From contig CAYIKF010000001.1 in NCBI GenBank assembly GCA_964363945.1, forward strand, positions 1 to 55,663: a DNA stretch of 55,663 nt. The letters run 5' to 3'. The translations under genes and the position numbers were made by a program. This DNA comes from an uncultured Gammaproteobacteria bacterium (GTDB lineage Bacteria; Patescibacteriota; Microgenomatia; UBA8517; JACQJR01). Below the pieces are notes generated by a model. It was not told where the DNA came from and did not search any database. It saw only the letters and a program-made list of their open reading frames with translations. Below are positions 1 to 8,177 of the stretch, one piece after another; positions within the stretch are counted from its first letter, which is position 1, and every line of letters begins with the position of its first letter.

Positions 1-804
1 AGTAATTCAAACTTTTTTTCTTGTGTTACCAATCCCCAAAACTTCACCTTCTCTGCGATACCCAGTTTTTTTGTTAATCGTTTCAATTGATTAAAATAGT
101 TCTGCGTCTCTGGTTTGCCTATAACCCAAAAGTTGCACTCCCCAAGCTTATTAAGAATTGAGAAACATCGAATGGCATCTTCGATTCCCTTATCTCTTGA
201 AAGTATTCCAAGATAAACAACTGTTTTTATTTTTGATTTTTGATATTTAATTTTTGATTTTTTGATTATCACTCCATGTGGAACCACATTTATGTTACTT
301 GCAGGAATGCCCATTTTAACCACATCTTTTTTTGCCGACTGCGATCCAGTCATAAAAGGGACATTTCTATAGAGCTTAAAAACCCATGGCTCAACCAAAT
401 AGCCCAGCATTCCAGTAACCCAATTAATCGGCCAGGGTAGTGGATTTAAAAACCAAACTTTCCTTGCTGTCTCTTGAATCACCGCTAACTTTGGTTTTTT
501 AACATAGATTGGTGTAAAAAACGGGAGTCCATGAAATTGATCAACCACAAAATCATAACTATTTTTGTTTTTTAAGTAATAAAAAAATCCAGACAGTTGT
601 ACACCCAAGTATTGATAACCACTACGAATAATTCTTATTCCATCTAAAACTTCTTCTTTTTTGGAACTATTAAATCTTGAGGAAAAAAGAGTAACTTCAT
701 GACCATTACCAACCCACCCCTTCATATGCTCATGCATAACTTGTTCTGCTCCTCCGGCTAGCGGATGTTTTGGATCTCGCCAGGAAAAAATTAATATGTT
801 CATA
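1..804 (-). CDS. Glycosyltransferase family 4 (GT-B) protein, N-terminal part; ORF continues past the left window edge
   Basis: Not in the supplied ORF track. The reverse complement of 802-804 is ATG. Hand translation reads MNILIFSWRDPKHPLAGGAEQVMHEHMKGWVGNGHEVTLFSSRFNSSKKEE..., the usual N-terminal Rossmann half of GT4 enzymes. The frame stays open to base 1. A 12-bp gap separates it from the stop of the upstream gene. Confidence 0.7.
224..266. repeat. T-rich heptamer tract (TTTTGAT-like units, about 6) inside the partial GT4 ORF
   Basis: Read directly: tttttat ttttgat ttttgat atttaat ttttgat tttttgat. It encodes KKSKIKYQKSKIK. Bases 231-255 are an exact 25-bp copy of 5590-5614. Confidence 0.8.
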
Positions 805-816
805 TTAATTTTTGAT

Positions 817-1209
817 TTAAGGTCTATGATTTAAGTGTAGGCCTGATTTGAGGTATTTTATCAAACCACCCAACAAACTACCCACTTTATTGCATTGATT
901 AAAAAGAGTTTCATACTTTTCTTTTTCTAAATAACCTAAGTCCATTGACAAAAGGAGATGATATTTTGTTTCTTCTAAAGAGCCTTTTGCTAAAAACAAA
1001 AATTGTAGATATTCTCTTTTGTACGCTTTCGAATTTCCTTCGACTATATTAGTAGGAACAGAAGAGGCAGATCTACATATCTGATCTACAAGCCTGAATT
1101 TTTCTTCGCTTGGAAATTTTTTAGTTTCCTTATAGATAAAAAGCGTCAATTTATGAGCTTCTCGCCATACCTCCAACTCCTCAAATCTATTATTTAATTG
1201 TTTCCTCAT
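817..1209 (-). CDS. Four-helix-bundle protein (23S rRNA intervening-sequence / S23-type family, Avd-like fold)
   Basis: 130 aa. Segments EELEVWREAHKLTLFIYKETKKFP, QICRSASSVPTNIVEGNSK and AKGSLEETKYHL match my memory of the TIGR02436/PF05635 four-helix-bundle family. Confidence 0.85.
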   Translation of the reverse strand: MRKQLNNRFEELEVWREAHKLTLFIYKETKKFPSEEKFRLVDQICRSASSVPTNIVEGNSKAYKREYLQFLFLAKGSLEETKYHLLLSMDLGYLEKEKYETLFNQCNKVGSLLGGLIKYLKSGLHLNHRP

Positions 1210-1239
1210 ACTTCATACATCCTAAATCTTACATCTGTA

Positions 1240-2091
1240 CTATCCTACATTCACTCTAAGATTTAAATCTGGATCATATACCCATTTTCTCCTATTTTTA
1301 TCATCGTAGTAATGCAAAATTCTAAGTCTATAGAAGACCGCTAATGTATCCCACGCCATTCTAAAAATAGTCGACCAGCGAATTCTGCTTGTTCTTATAT
1401 CAAACGTTACTTCGATTGGAGCTTCATAAATTCTTTTAAACCCCAGATAGCGTGCAACAGAAAGCATCTCTATATCCATGGCGTAGCGTTTCACCAGTAA
1501 TCTTGGCAAGACTTTATCTAAAACTTTCCTTCTGAATATCTTTATCCCACTTTGTGTATCAGTTAGTGATAGACCAAAAAGTACCTTTACTCCTAGGTGG
1601 TATCCCAAACTTAAAATATGTCGAAGCAGAGGATAATTTACGCGGGATACAGGGTGTCTTTTTGAACCAACAATAACATCAGCATTGTACCATTCCATAT
1701 GGGCCATGAGCATCATGATACCGGCTGGCGAAATATCCATTCCTGCATCCAAAAAAGAAATGAGTTCCCCACGTGAGCGCGCCATACCATATCGGACAGC
1801 ATATCCCTTGCCCTTATTTTCTTCGTAACTAATTACCTTTATCTTTTTAGATTTTATTTTTGATGCTTCTTTAAACGTACCGTCAATCATGCCGTCAACA
1901 ACACATATAATCTCATAATCGTGATCTCTTAAGCCTTCTTTTAAAACCATTTCTATATTTGTTAAGTCTTTCTTTATGGTACGTTCTTGTCTATAAGCTG
2001 GAATAATAACAGATAATAATTTATTTTGGGTTCCAGCTTTCAAGCTCCGCTTATAAGCTGGAATAATAACAGAGAGTAATCTCTTTCTCAT
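1240..2091 (-). CDS. Glycosyltransferase family 2 (GT-A)
   Basis: 283 aa with SVIIPAY first strand, ICVVDGMIDGT and LDAGMD motifs. ATGA overlap (2088-2091) with the upstream gene. The N-terminus holds a duplicated LLSVIIPAY segment (repeat 1992-2073). An in-frame TTG at 2041-2043 could be the ancestral start. Confidence 0.85.
   Translation of the reverse strand: MRKRLLSVIIPAYKRSLKAGTQNKLLSVIIPAYRQERTIKKDLTNIEMVLKEGLRDHDYEIICVVDGMIDGTFKEASKIKSKKIKVISYEENKGKGYAVRYGMARSRGELISFLDAGMDISPAGIMMLMAHMEWYNADVIVGSKRHPVSRVNYPLLRHILSLGYHLGVKVLFGLSLTDTQSGIKIFRRKVLDKVLPRLLVKRYAMDIEMLSVARYLGFKRIYEAPIEVTFDIRTSRIRWSTIFRMAWDTLAVFYRLRILHYYDDKNRRKWVYDPDLNLRVNVG
1992..2073. repeat. In-frame 60-bp tandem duplication marked by the 22-bp direct repeat TATAAGCTGGAATAATAACAGA (1992-2013 and 2052-2073)
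   Basis: Both copies were read directly. They encode the duplicated LLSVIIPAY segment of the GT2 at 1240-2091. Confidence 0.85.
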
Positions 2092-3371
2092 TTTTTGTGA
2101 TTATGATATGGGAAGTATACAAGAAGCGATAAAAGCAGTAAAGCAGCGCACACAATAGAAATTTGAATAACCCGTAGCAAAGTCGGATGTATAAACCAAA
2201 TAAGTAGTATTTGCAAAAGTGCAGCAACTACAAAAAACCACACAACCCTCGTTTTATTAATAGACAAATAAAATTGAGTAAAAAGCATAGAAAGTACAAG
2301 GAGCGTCATAAAAATGCCAAACCACCAAAGCATAGGAGCGCCCATAAGATATCCCCTCCCATAAAGTACTCCAATAGGAATTTCAGGAAAAAGCCAATAA
2401 AACAACGCGACTCCAAGTGCAATCCCACTCACTAAGAAAATGCTTAAATAAAAGATTGTGTGATACGGTTGGCTGTGAGAAAACCGACGAGCAATTAGAG
2501 GAAACATTACGTGTATAACAGGGGACGCGCCAAAAAATGCGACCCTTCCGAGTACCGCCAACGAAGCGTATACACCCGCCTCCTCTGCAGAGAAAAAGTG
2601 TTTTACTAATAGAAGATCCGTAGAATACATCGAAGTTAATGCAAGTCCCTGTATAAATACGGGAATTGAATACTTAACAAGTGGACCAATATGGGGCATC
2701 ACTCCTCGCTTTCCACGTAAATATGAGTAAAGAGAAACACGTGTGACAAGAAGTGCACACACAAGTCCAACGAGCACCGCACCAATTGCCCCAACTACCG
2801 CAAAGCCCAAAAATATAAATACTACCGTTAAGAGAATTTTCACAGCTACCTCAACTAGAAGAGTGAATACATATTTATTGAACGAAAGTATTCCTTGAAG
2901 AATTGCCCTCTGGGCTGTGAGGACAAGGAAAAACAAAAGGATTGGTATCAATATATACATCGACGCGGGCTGTTGCATGTTTAAAAATGTAACAAGAAAC
3001 GGAGAAAGTATGAGTATAAAACCACCAGTAAAAACTCCAAGCCATATACTCCACCAGTTAATCCATTTTGCCAAATTCGCTACCGATGTATTGTTTTTCG
3101 CGGAAGCAATAAACTTCACAACAGTCAGAGATAACGATAATTGAATAATACCGATAATGCCTAAAATAGAAATGATCGTCGCGACATCTCCATAATATGC
3201 TTTTCCTAAAAATTCACCATATACTCTTTCAAGCGACCGTGCAGCTACAAAATGATACACAAATTGCCCAAAGTTAAAGAGGTTCGTCCCCACCACCATC
3301 ACAAAACTTCCGGCAAAAAGAGGATGTCTCAATATGGAATATGGAAAATGGAAGATGGAAAATCGCTTCAT
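2088..3371 (-). CDS. Polytopic membrane protein, probable MOP/Wzx-type oligosaccharide flippase
   Basis: 427 aa, almost entirely hydrophobic helices (about 12) with no soluble domain, embedded in a glycosyltransferase operon. Assignment rests on topology and context only. Confidence 0.55.
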   Translation of the reverse strand: MKRFSIFHFPYSILRHPLFAGSFVMVVGTNLFNFGQFVYHFVAARSLERVYGEFLGKAYYGDVATIISILGIIGIIQLSLSLTVVKFIASAKNNTSVANLAKWINWWSIWLGVFTGGFILILSPFLVTFLNMQQPASMYILIPILLFFLVLTAQRAILQGILSFNKYVFTLLVEVAVKILLTVVFIFLGFAVVGAIGAVLVGLVCALLVTRVSLYSYLRGKRGVMPHIGPLVKYSIPVFIQGLALTSMYSTDLLLVKHFFSAEEAGVYASLAVLGRVAFFGASPVIHVMFPLIARRFSHSQPYHTIFYLSIFLVSGIALGVALFYWLFPEIPIGVLYGRGYLMGAPMLWWFGIFMTLLVLSMLFTQFYLSINKTRVVWFFVVAALLQILLIWFIHPTLLRVIQISIVCAALLLLSLLVYFPYHNHKK

Positions 3372-4537
3372 TATGCTATCCAGTATCCTCTAACAAACAA
3401 AGAAGTTGCAATGCCCAAAAGGACAAAGAGCACAAAAGAAGTTGCAACCTTCACCCACAATGGACTCTTCTCAAGAAAAATTGCGGCAATTAAGAATGCA
3501 GGAAAGAGTGGAAGCATATATCGTGAAAGAGACGAGAAACTTCCAGATAATGTCGGGAGAACATATCCCCCAAGAAGCCATAATGCATAGGAAAGACGCA
3601 ACTTAAAGAATGAAAAGAACGCGGCAATAAGAAAAAGAATTGCTGTGGCGGATTCAAGCAAAAAGGTAAAAATGAAAGGATCTCGAATATTTATATCCAT
3701 TAGAATTTTAAAGTAGCGCCAGAATACTTGGGGGAGTAAAATTAGAGTACTTGAGCGTTGCTCGCCAAACCATGTAAGTGTATGAAAAAATGCAAAAGGG
3801 TCACCAGTTGTCTGGTAGAGATAGTACATATAAGCAAATAGTCCTAATGGAATTATAAAAAGAGAAATTAATTGAAAATTGAAAATTGAAAATTGAAAAT
3901 TTTTTCTTTGTGTCCACCACTCAACCAACAATACCGGTAATAACACTATCCCCAATACTCGTGTTGCGCTCGCAAATGCACCCAAAATTCCTGATGCCCA
4001 CCACCAACCACGCCGAGCCGCGTAAAATGACCAAACAACTAAAGCAAAAAACAAACTCTCTGTATAAACACTCCCAAAATAAAATGAGGTAGGAAAAACA
4101 AGGAACAATATAATAGTTAATTCTGTAATACTTTTTTTAAAATCTAATCGCAGTAATTTCCATAAACCTAAAAGAGCAAGAAAAAATGCAAAATAAGAAA
4201 TAAATAACCCTGCGGCTTGTAAAAAATATACATCTCCGCGAATTGGCCAGACCAGAAAACGCATTAAAAGTGGGTAAAGCGGGAAAAAAGCTTCCTCACC
4301 ATGCCCATATCCATGTTGGGCAATAGACAGATAATGTTCGCCATCAAAATTTCCCCATGCCCAAAAAAATGGCACTCTAAGATAGTGCTCAAGCCCTCCA
4401 CCTAAAAAATGAAGCCTAAGAGGAATAAAAACAACCGCTGCCAGTAAAAACACAAAGGTCCAAATTTTCCAAGCAAAAAAGAGGGAAATTAATAATGTAA
4501 CTAATGATTGATCTTTGTCTTTTTTCATACCATTCAC
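3371..4537 (-). CDS. Polytopic membrane glycosyltransferase, PIG-V/Gpi18-like (GT-C)
   Basis: 388 aa. GNFDGEHYLSIAQHGY...EEAFFPLYPLLMRF resembles bacterial PIG-V-type mannosyltransferase homologues. The same motif class occurs in 45305-46462 (YYAAHFPAFPLLIRAF). Contains an in-frame heptamer array (3871-3898). Confidence 0.5.
   Translation of the reverse strand: MNGMKKDKDQSLVTLLISLFFAWKIWTFVFLLAAVVFIPLRLHFLGGGLEHYLRVPFFWAWGNFDGEHYLSIAQHGYGHGEEAFFPLYPLLMRFLVWPIRGDVYFLQAAGLFISYFAFFLALLGLWKLLRLDFKKSITELTIILFLVFPTSFYFGSVYTESLFFALVVWSFYAARRGWWWASGILGAFASATRVLGIVLLPVLLVEWWTQRKNFQFSIFNFQLISLFIIPLGLFAYMYYLYQTTGDPFAFFHTLTWFGEQRSSTLILLPQVFWRYFKILMDINIRDPFIFTFLLESATAILFLIAAFFSFFKLRLSYALWLLGGYVLPTLSGSFSSLSRYMLPLFPAFLIAAIFLEKSPLWVKVATSFVLFVLLGIATSLFVRGYWIA
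3871..3898. repeat. Tandem heptamer array (ATTGAAA)x4, in frame in 3371-4537
   Basis: Four perfect units were read directly. The coding strand reads TTTCAAT units and gives the peptide NFQFSIFNFQ. Confidence 0.9.
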
Positions 4538-4543
4538 CTAGAA

Positions 4544-5590
4544 CTATTCACTAATCACTTTCCTATACGCTTCTATCGTTTGTGTAGCCGTTTTTCTCCA
4601 CGAAAATTCTTTTGCCCGCTCAAATCCTCTTTTAATTAATGACTTTCTAAGATTTAAGTTATTTATGACTGTTGTCAAACCATCCGCAATATTCCTTGGA
4701 TCTTTTGGATTAACAAACAAAGCTGAATTTTGCACAATTTCAACTATGCTTTGAGTTTTTGCAGCAACAACAGGGCAACCACACGCCATTGCTTCGAGTA
4801 CCGGTAATCCAAATCCTTCATAAAAAGAAGGTTGACAATACACTGTTGCAAGATTATAGAAATAAACCAAGTCTTCTGTTGGTACAAATCCAGGCATTAT
4901 AACTTTATCTTCAAGATTTACCCTTTTAATTAATTGAAATATCTCTTTTACCTCTGGTAGTTCTGTATTTTTGAAGGCATCACCAACAAGAACAAGTTTG
5001 ATGATTAACGATTGATGATTGACGATTGATGAGAAAGCTTTCAATATACCCGGGATATTCTTATTGTAATTCACGTCTCCCACATAAAGGGCAAACTTTT
5101 CTGGCAAGTTGTACTTTTTTCTAAAATCTAAAATCCAAGCTCTATCATCCAACTTTATAAATTCTTTCCCTGACGCAAGATGAACTACATGGATTTTATT
5201 AGCAGATATATCTAAAAATCTAAAAATATCTTTTTTAGAGGTTTCAGAATCAGTAATCACAGCCGCTACACCTTTTAAAGAAAATTTTTGAATTTGGTAC
5301 TTAATGAGTCCCCGAATTCCAGGAGAATACTGTTCTGGATAAATGAGCGGAATAACATCGTGAATAGTGACGACAGTGGGTTTAGGTTTTGAAAGTGGTA
5401 ATGTCAAAAAGAACAAATCAAAGTAAGGATAATGGACTACATCACAGTTTTTTATTTTATCTACTAATTCGATTTCCTTTTGTTCTTTTAAGGCGTCAAG
5501 TAAGTTTCTGGTATATGCACCAACTCCACGCACAGCATGTCCACTTTTTAGCGAAGTTGCATCTATAAACACTCTAATTCTCTTATTCAT
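4544..5590 (-). CDS. Glycosyltransferase family 4 (GT-B)
   Basis: 348 aa. The C-terminal half carries FYEGFGLPVLEAMACGCPVVAA, the E-x7-E nucleotide-sugar motif of GT4/group-1 enzymes. Confidence 0.9.
   Translation of the reverse strand: MNKRIRVFIDATSLKSGHAVRGVGAYTRNLLDALKEQKEIELVDKIKNCDVVHYPYFDLFFLTLPLSKPKPTVVTIHDVIPLIYPEQYSPGIRGLIKYQIQKFSLKGVAAVITDSETSKKDIFRFLDISANKIHVVHLASGKEFIKLDDRAWILDFRKKYNLPEKFALYVGDVNYNKNIPGILKAFSSIVNHQSLIIKLVLVGDAFKNTELPEVKEIFQLIKRVNLEDKVIMPGFVPTEDLVYFYNLATVYCQPSFYEGFGLPVLEAMACGCPVVAAKTQSIVEIVQNSALFVNPKDPRNIADGLTTVINNLNLRKSLIKRGFERAKEFSWRKTATQTIEAYRKVISE
5000..5033. repeat. Tandem 14-mer (2 x 7) array GATGATT-RACGATT, about 2.4 units, in frame in GT4 4544-5590
   Basis: gatgatt aacgatt gatgatt gacgatt gatgag was read directly. 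It encodes SSIVNHQSLII. Confidence 0.8.
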
Positions 5591-5621
5591 TTTGATTTTT
5601 GATATTTAATTTTTAATTTTT
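5590..5621. repeat. T-rich heptamer tract spanning the GT4 start codon, the intergenic gap and the GT2 3' end
   Basis: Bases 5590-5614 (ttttgatttttgatatttaattttt) are identical to 231-255. Confidence 0.8.
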
Positions 5622-6484
5622 CTAAGGTACCTCCAATATGCTCTCGGAAAACGGAGTGCTGAAAAGAACGAAAAGATCATTCCCTGCCACCCGTCTAAAA
5701 TTCCTTTGTGACGAATTTGAGTCAATAAAAACCACCAAAGGGGTTTGCTCACAAAATAATTAATAAACTGCAGTGGATTTTTGCCTACTTTATCGCGTTT
5801 TAACTCCGTAGCTAATAAGTCTATATATCGACTATTGCGTTCAAGATACCGTTTAAATGTCGGGTCTGCCATGTGAAGTAAATCGTGTTGTAACCATCCC
5901 ACTCGTCCCCGAACAACAATTTGCTCATGCACACTTTTTGCCGGAAAATATGCTTTTCCTTGTTTTACCAATCTTATCACACCATCAGGATACACACCGC
6001 CATGCCGCAAAAATTTACCAAGAAAAAAATTAAGTCGCGGGACAAAAAAACCTGCATATTCTCCGCCAGATGTACCAATTTTTCCATCGCGCTGTTCTAA
6101 TAATCTCTGATGGCGAATAAATAATTTCCTATTTGGTAATCGTTCTTGATACTCATCTATCTTTTCGTCGCTCATTTCGGTAATCTGTTCAATCTCTTTT
6201 GCAAGTTGTGGAGTCACCCGCTCATCTGCATCAAGTTGCAAAATCCAAACTCCGGTTGCCGCTTCAAGTGCTTTTTGTTTATTAATATGAAAAATCGGCG
6301 GATTAGTTGTTTTAATTATTCGAGACCCGTATTCCTTTGCAATCTCTCGTGTTCTATCGGATGATGACCCATCAACGATTACAATCTCGTCAGCAATCTC
6401 TTTTACAGACTCCAAACATGCTCCAATATTTTTCTCTTCATTAAAAGTTGCAAGAACGACAGACAGCTTATATTTTTTACTCAT
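5606..6484 (-). CDS. Glycosyltransferase family 2 (WaaE/KdtX-like subgroup)
   Basis: 292 aa with KLSVVLATFNEEKNI, IVDGSSSDRT, LQLDADE and a distal HGGVYPDGVIRL motif. Paralogous to 28518-29369 and 30327-31223. Confidence 0.85.
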   Translation of the reverse strand: MSKKYKLSVVLATFNEEKNIGACLESVKEIADEIVIVDGSSSDRTREIAKEYGSRIIKTTNPPIFHINKQKALEAATGVWILQLDADERVTPQLAKEIEQITEMSDEKIDEYQERLPNRKLFIRHQRLLEQRDGKIGTSGGEYAGFFVPRLNFFLGKFLRHGGVYPDGVIRLVKQGKAYFPAKSVHEQIVVRGRVGWLQHDLLHMADPTFKRYLERNSRYIDLLATELKRDKVGKNPLQFINYFVSKPLWWFLLTQIRHKGILDGWQGMIFSFFSALRFPRAYWRYLRKIKN

Positions 6485-6485
6485 A

Positions 6486-8159
6486 TTAATTTGCGACTAT
6501 TTGGAATGTTGCTTCCCCATTTGGGAAATAAATTTCATGAATAACGTTTGCGTCATCCGGAATTTCTTTATCGGTTCCTATAATCAATGACCCCCTTTTC
6601 TCTTCAATCGTTTTATCCCAATCCTTAACTTCTTCAAAATGAAATTTTTCAAAATCTCGAACAGTAGAGAATCCAAACTTATCACGCGAAGTTAAAGTAT
6701 GAGCACCCTGGAATTTTTCAGGAGGATACTGTAAATAGAATAAAAACAAAATGTATGGTTGGTCGTATCTGTCTGTTATTAAAAATTTAGGGTACTTGTC
6801 ATAGTTCTCTTTGACATAAGAGACTAATTCTTTCACCCCATATTGGGAAGAGGACGGATATTCTTTCGCCATATGTACATAATATTGATGAAGGTAACGG
6901 CTGAAATCCCACAGAATAATCCCAAAAATTACTATAATTCCTAAGGTGTAAATAGAATTCCACTTCGAAGGTGGAAACGAAGCTACACCTGTCCTTAACC
7001 ACCTAAGAAGTTTAACCAACCCATAAGCTGAAATTATTGTTAACGGAATTACCATATTGTGAGAACGCAACGCATGAGGAGATTGAAATGTAAGTGCCGC
7101 CGCAGTAGGTGCAATAATAAGCCACCACAGAACTATTCCCCATGATTGTGAGTTTCGGGCAATAGCTAATAAGCCAATTATAAGAAGCGGTAATTGGAAA
7201 AGGTACAATACTCCAACCTCTGGCACCTTATTACGCTCAATCTCGTCTCCAGACAAGAAAAGGAATTGCCCCCAAAAATGTTCGCCCCAATTCGCTAGAA
7301 ACTCAAGGGTATAGTTTACTACTTTATTATGAAGTACAAGAGCTACTACATCCTTATTGCTCCCATGTTCTCCTCGCTGTTCATTAATCCTCTCTATAAT
7401 TCCCTGGTCAGCAAAAATACTTACACCAGATGCCCGAGATACTCCCGCAGCTCCAGTAAGATCACGAATCAAAGGAATAAGAAGAATTACACCAACGATT
7501 ACTGGAACTAGAAGGCCATTCTTCTTTTCCCAAAAAAATCTTCGATAAAAGATTAAAAGTCCCATCACTAAAAGTGGCACCACTATCCTTGCAGCATGAT
7601 AAGTGTAAAGAGAAGCAACAAACGCAAGTGTTGAAATAACTAACCACTTGTTTTGTCGAGTTCCTTTAAGAAATGCCCATAATCCTAATACTATAAAAAA
7701 CGTTCCCGCATTAACTTCCCATCCACCGCGAGAGAAATGAATATGCCAAGGGCTCACCGCAAGAAGAGCAGCGGCGAGAATTTCCAATTTCCAATTTCCA
7801 ATTTCCAATTTCCGATCTTTAAAAAGTTCCTTAACTAAGAGATACACGAGCAGCACTGTTAACACCCCCAAAGTTGCTCCCGGTATCCTTACCGCCCACT
7901 CATTTAGTCCCAAAAACTTTACAAACGGTAAAACTATATAAAAGAATAACCCTGGCTTCCAATCTCCGAACGACTCAAAATGTATAGGCCATGCGTGTCC
8001 ATGTTCATCTTTTCCAGTTTGAATAAGGGAATATGCGTTATACACCACTGCTGCCTCATCGGCGTTCAAGGCAGGTAAAGTATTTAATTGATTAAAACGC
8101 AAGAAAGAAGCCAACAAAATTATTAATACTAGTAATAGTTTGTTATACTTGCTAATCAT
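6486..8159 (-). CDS. GT39/PMT-family (ArnT-like) lipid-carrier-dependent membrane glycosyltransferase, paralog 1
   Basis: 557 aa. The first-loop motif NADEAAVVYNAYSLIQTGKDEHG carries the DE dyad typical of PMT/ArnT GT-C enzymes. SPWHIHFSRGGWE is present, with about 11 TM helices. The soluble C-terminal domain ends in FPNGEATFQIV. Carries an in-frame GGAAATT array. Confidence 0.8.
   Translation of the reverse strand: MISKYNKLLLVLIILLASFLRFNQLNTLPALNADEAAVVYNAYSLIQTGKDEHGHAWPIHFESFGDWKPGLFFYIVLPFVKFLGLNEWAVRIPGATLGVLTVLLVYLLVKELFKDRKLEIGNWKLEILAAALLAVSPWHIHFSRGGWEVNAGTFFIVLGLWAFLKGTRQNKWLVISTLAFVASLYTYHAARIVVPLLVMGLLIFYRRFFWEKKNGLLVPVIVGVILLIPLIRDLTGAAGVSRASGVSIFADQGIIERINEQRGEHGSNKDVVALVLHNKVVNYTLEFLANWGEHFWGQFLFLSGDEIERNKVPEVGVLYLFQLPLLIIGLLAIARNSQSWGIVLWWLIIAPTAAALTFQSPHALRSHNMVIPLTIISAYGLVKLLRWLRTGVASFPPSKWNSIYTLGIIVIFGIILWDFSRYLHQYYVHMAKEYPSSSQYGVKELVSYVKENYDKYPKFLITDRYDQPYILFLFYLQYPPEKFQGAHTLTSRDKFGFSTVRDFEKFHFEEVKDWDKTIEEKRGSLIIGTDKEIPDDANVIHEIYFPNGEATFQIVAN
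7781..7815. repeat. Tandem heptamer array: (TTTCCAA)x4 plus one imperfect unit on the plus strand, GGAAATT on the coding strand
   Basis: Read directly. It encodes KLEIGNWKLEI in GT39 paralog 1. Confidence 0.95.
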
Positions 8160-8177
8160 ATATTCATATATGAATAT
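8160..8177. repeat. 18-bp perfect palindrome ATATTCATATATGAATAT that fills the whole intercistronic gap
   Basis: Read directly. It is bounded by the TAA stop of 8178-9881 and the ATG of 6486-8159. Confidence 0.85.

Noticed and set aside
817-1209. The four-helix-bundle (Avd-like) gene as part of a diversity-generating retroelement
   Set aside because: There is no reverse transcriptase ORF and no template/variable repeat pair anywhere in the window. On this evidence it is a stand-alone family member.
7781-7815. The tandem arrays (here and at about 13 other sites) considered as possible CRISPR arrays
   Set aside because: The units are 7 or 14 nt with no spacers. They lie inside long intact ORFs, and no cas genes are present. 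They are simple tandem repeats, not CRISPR.
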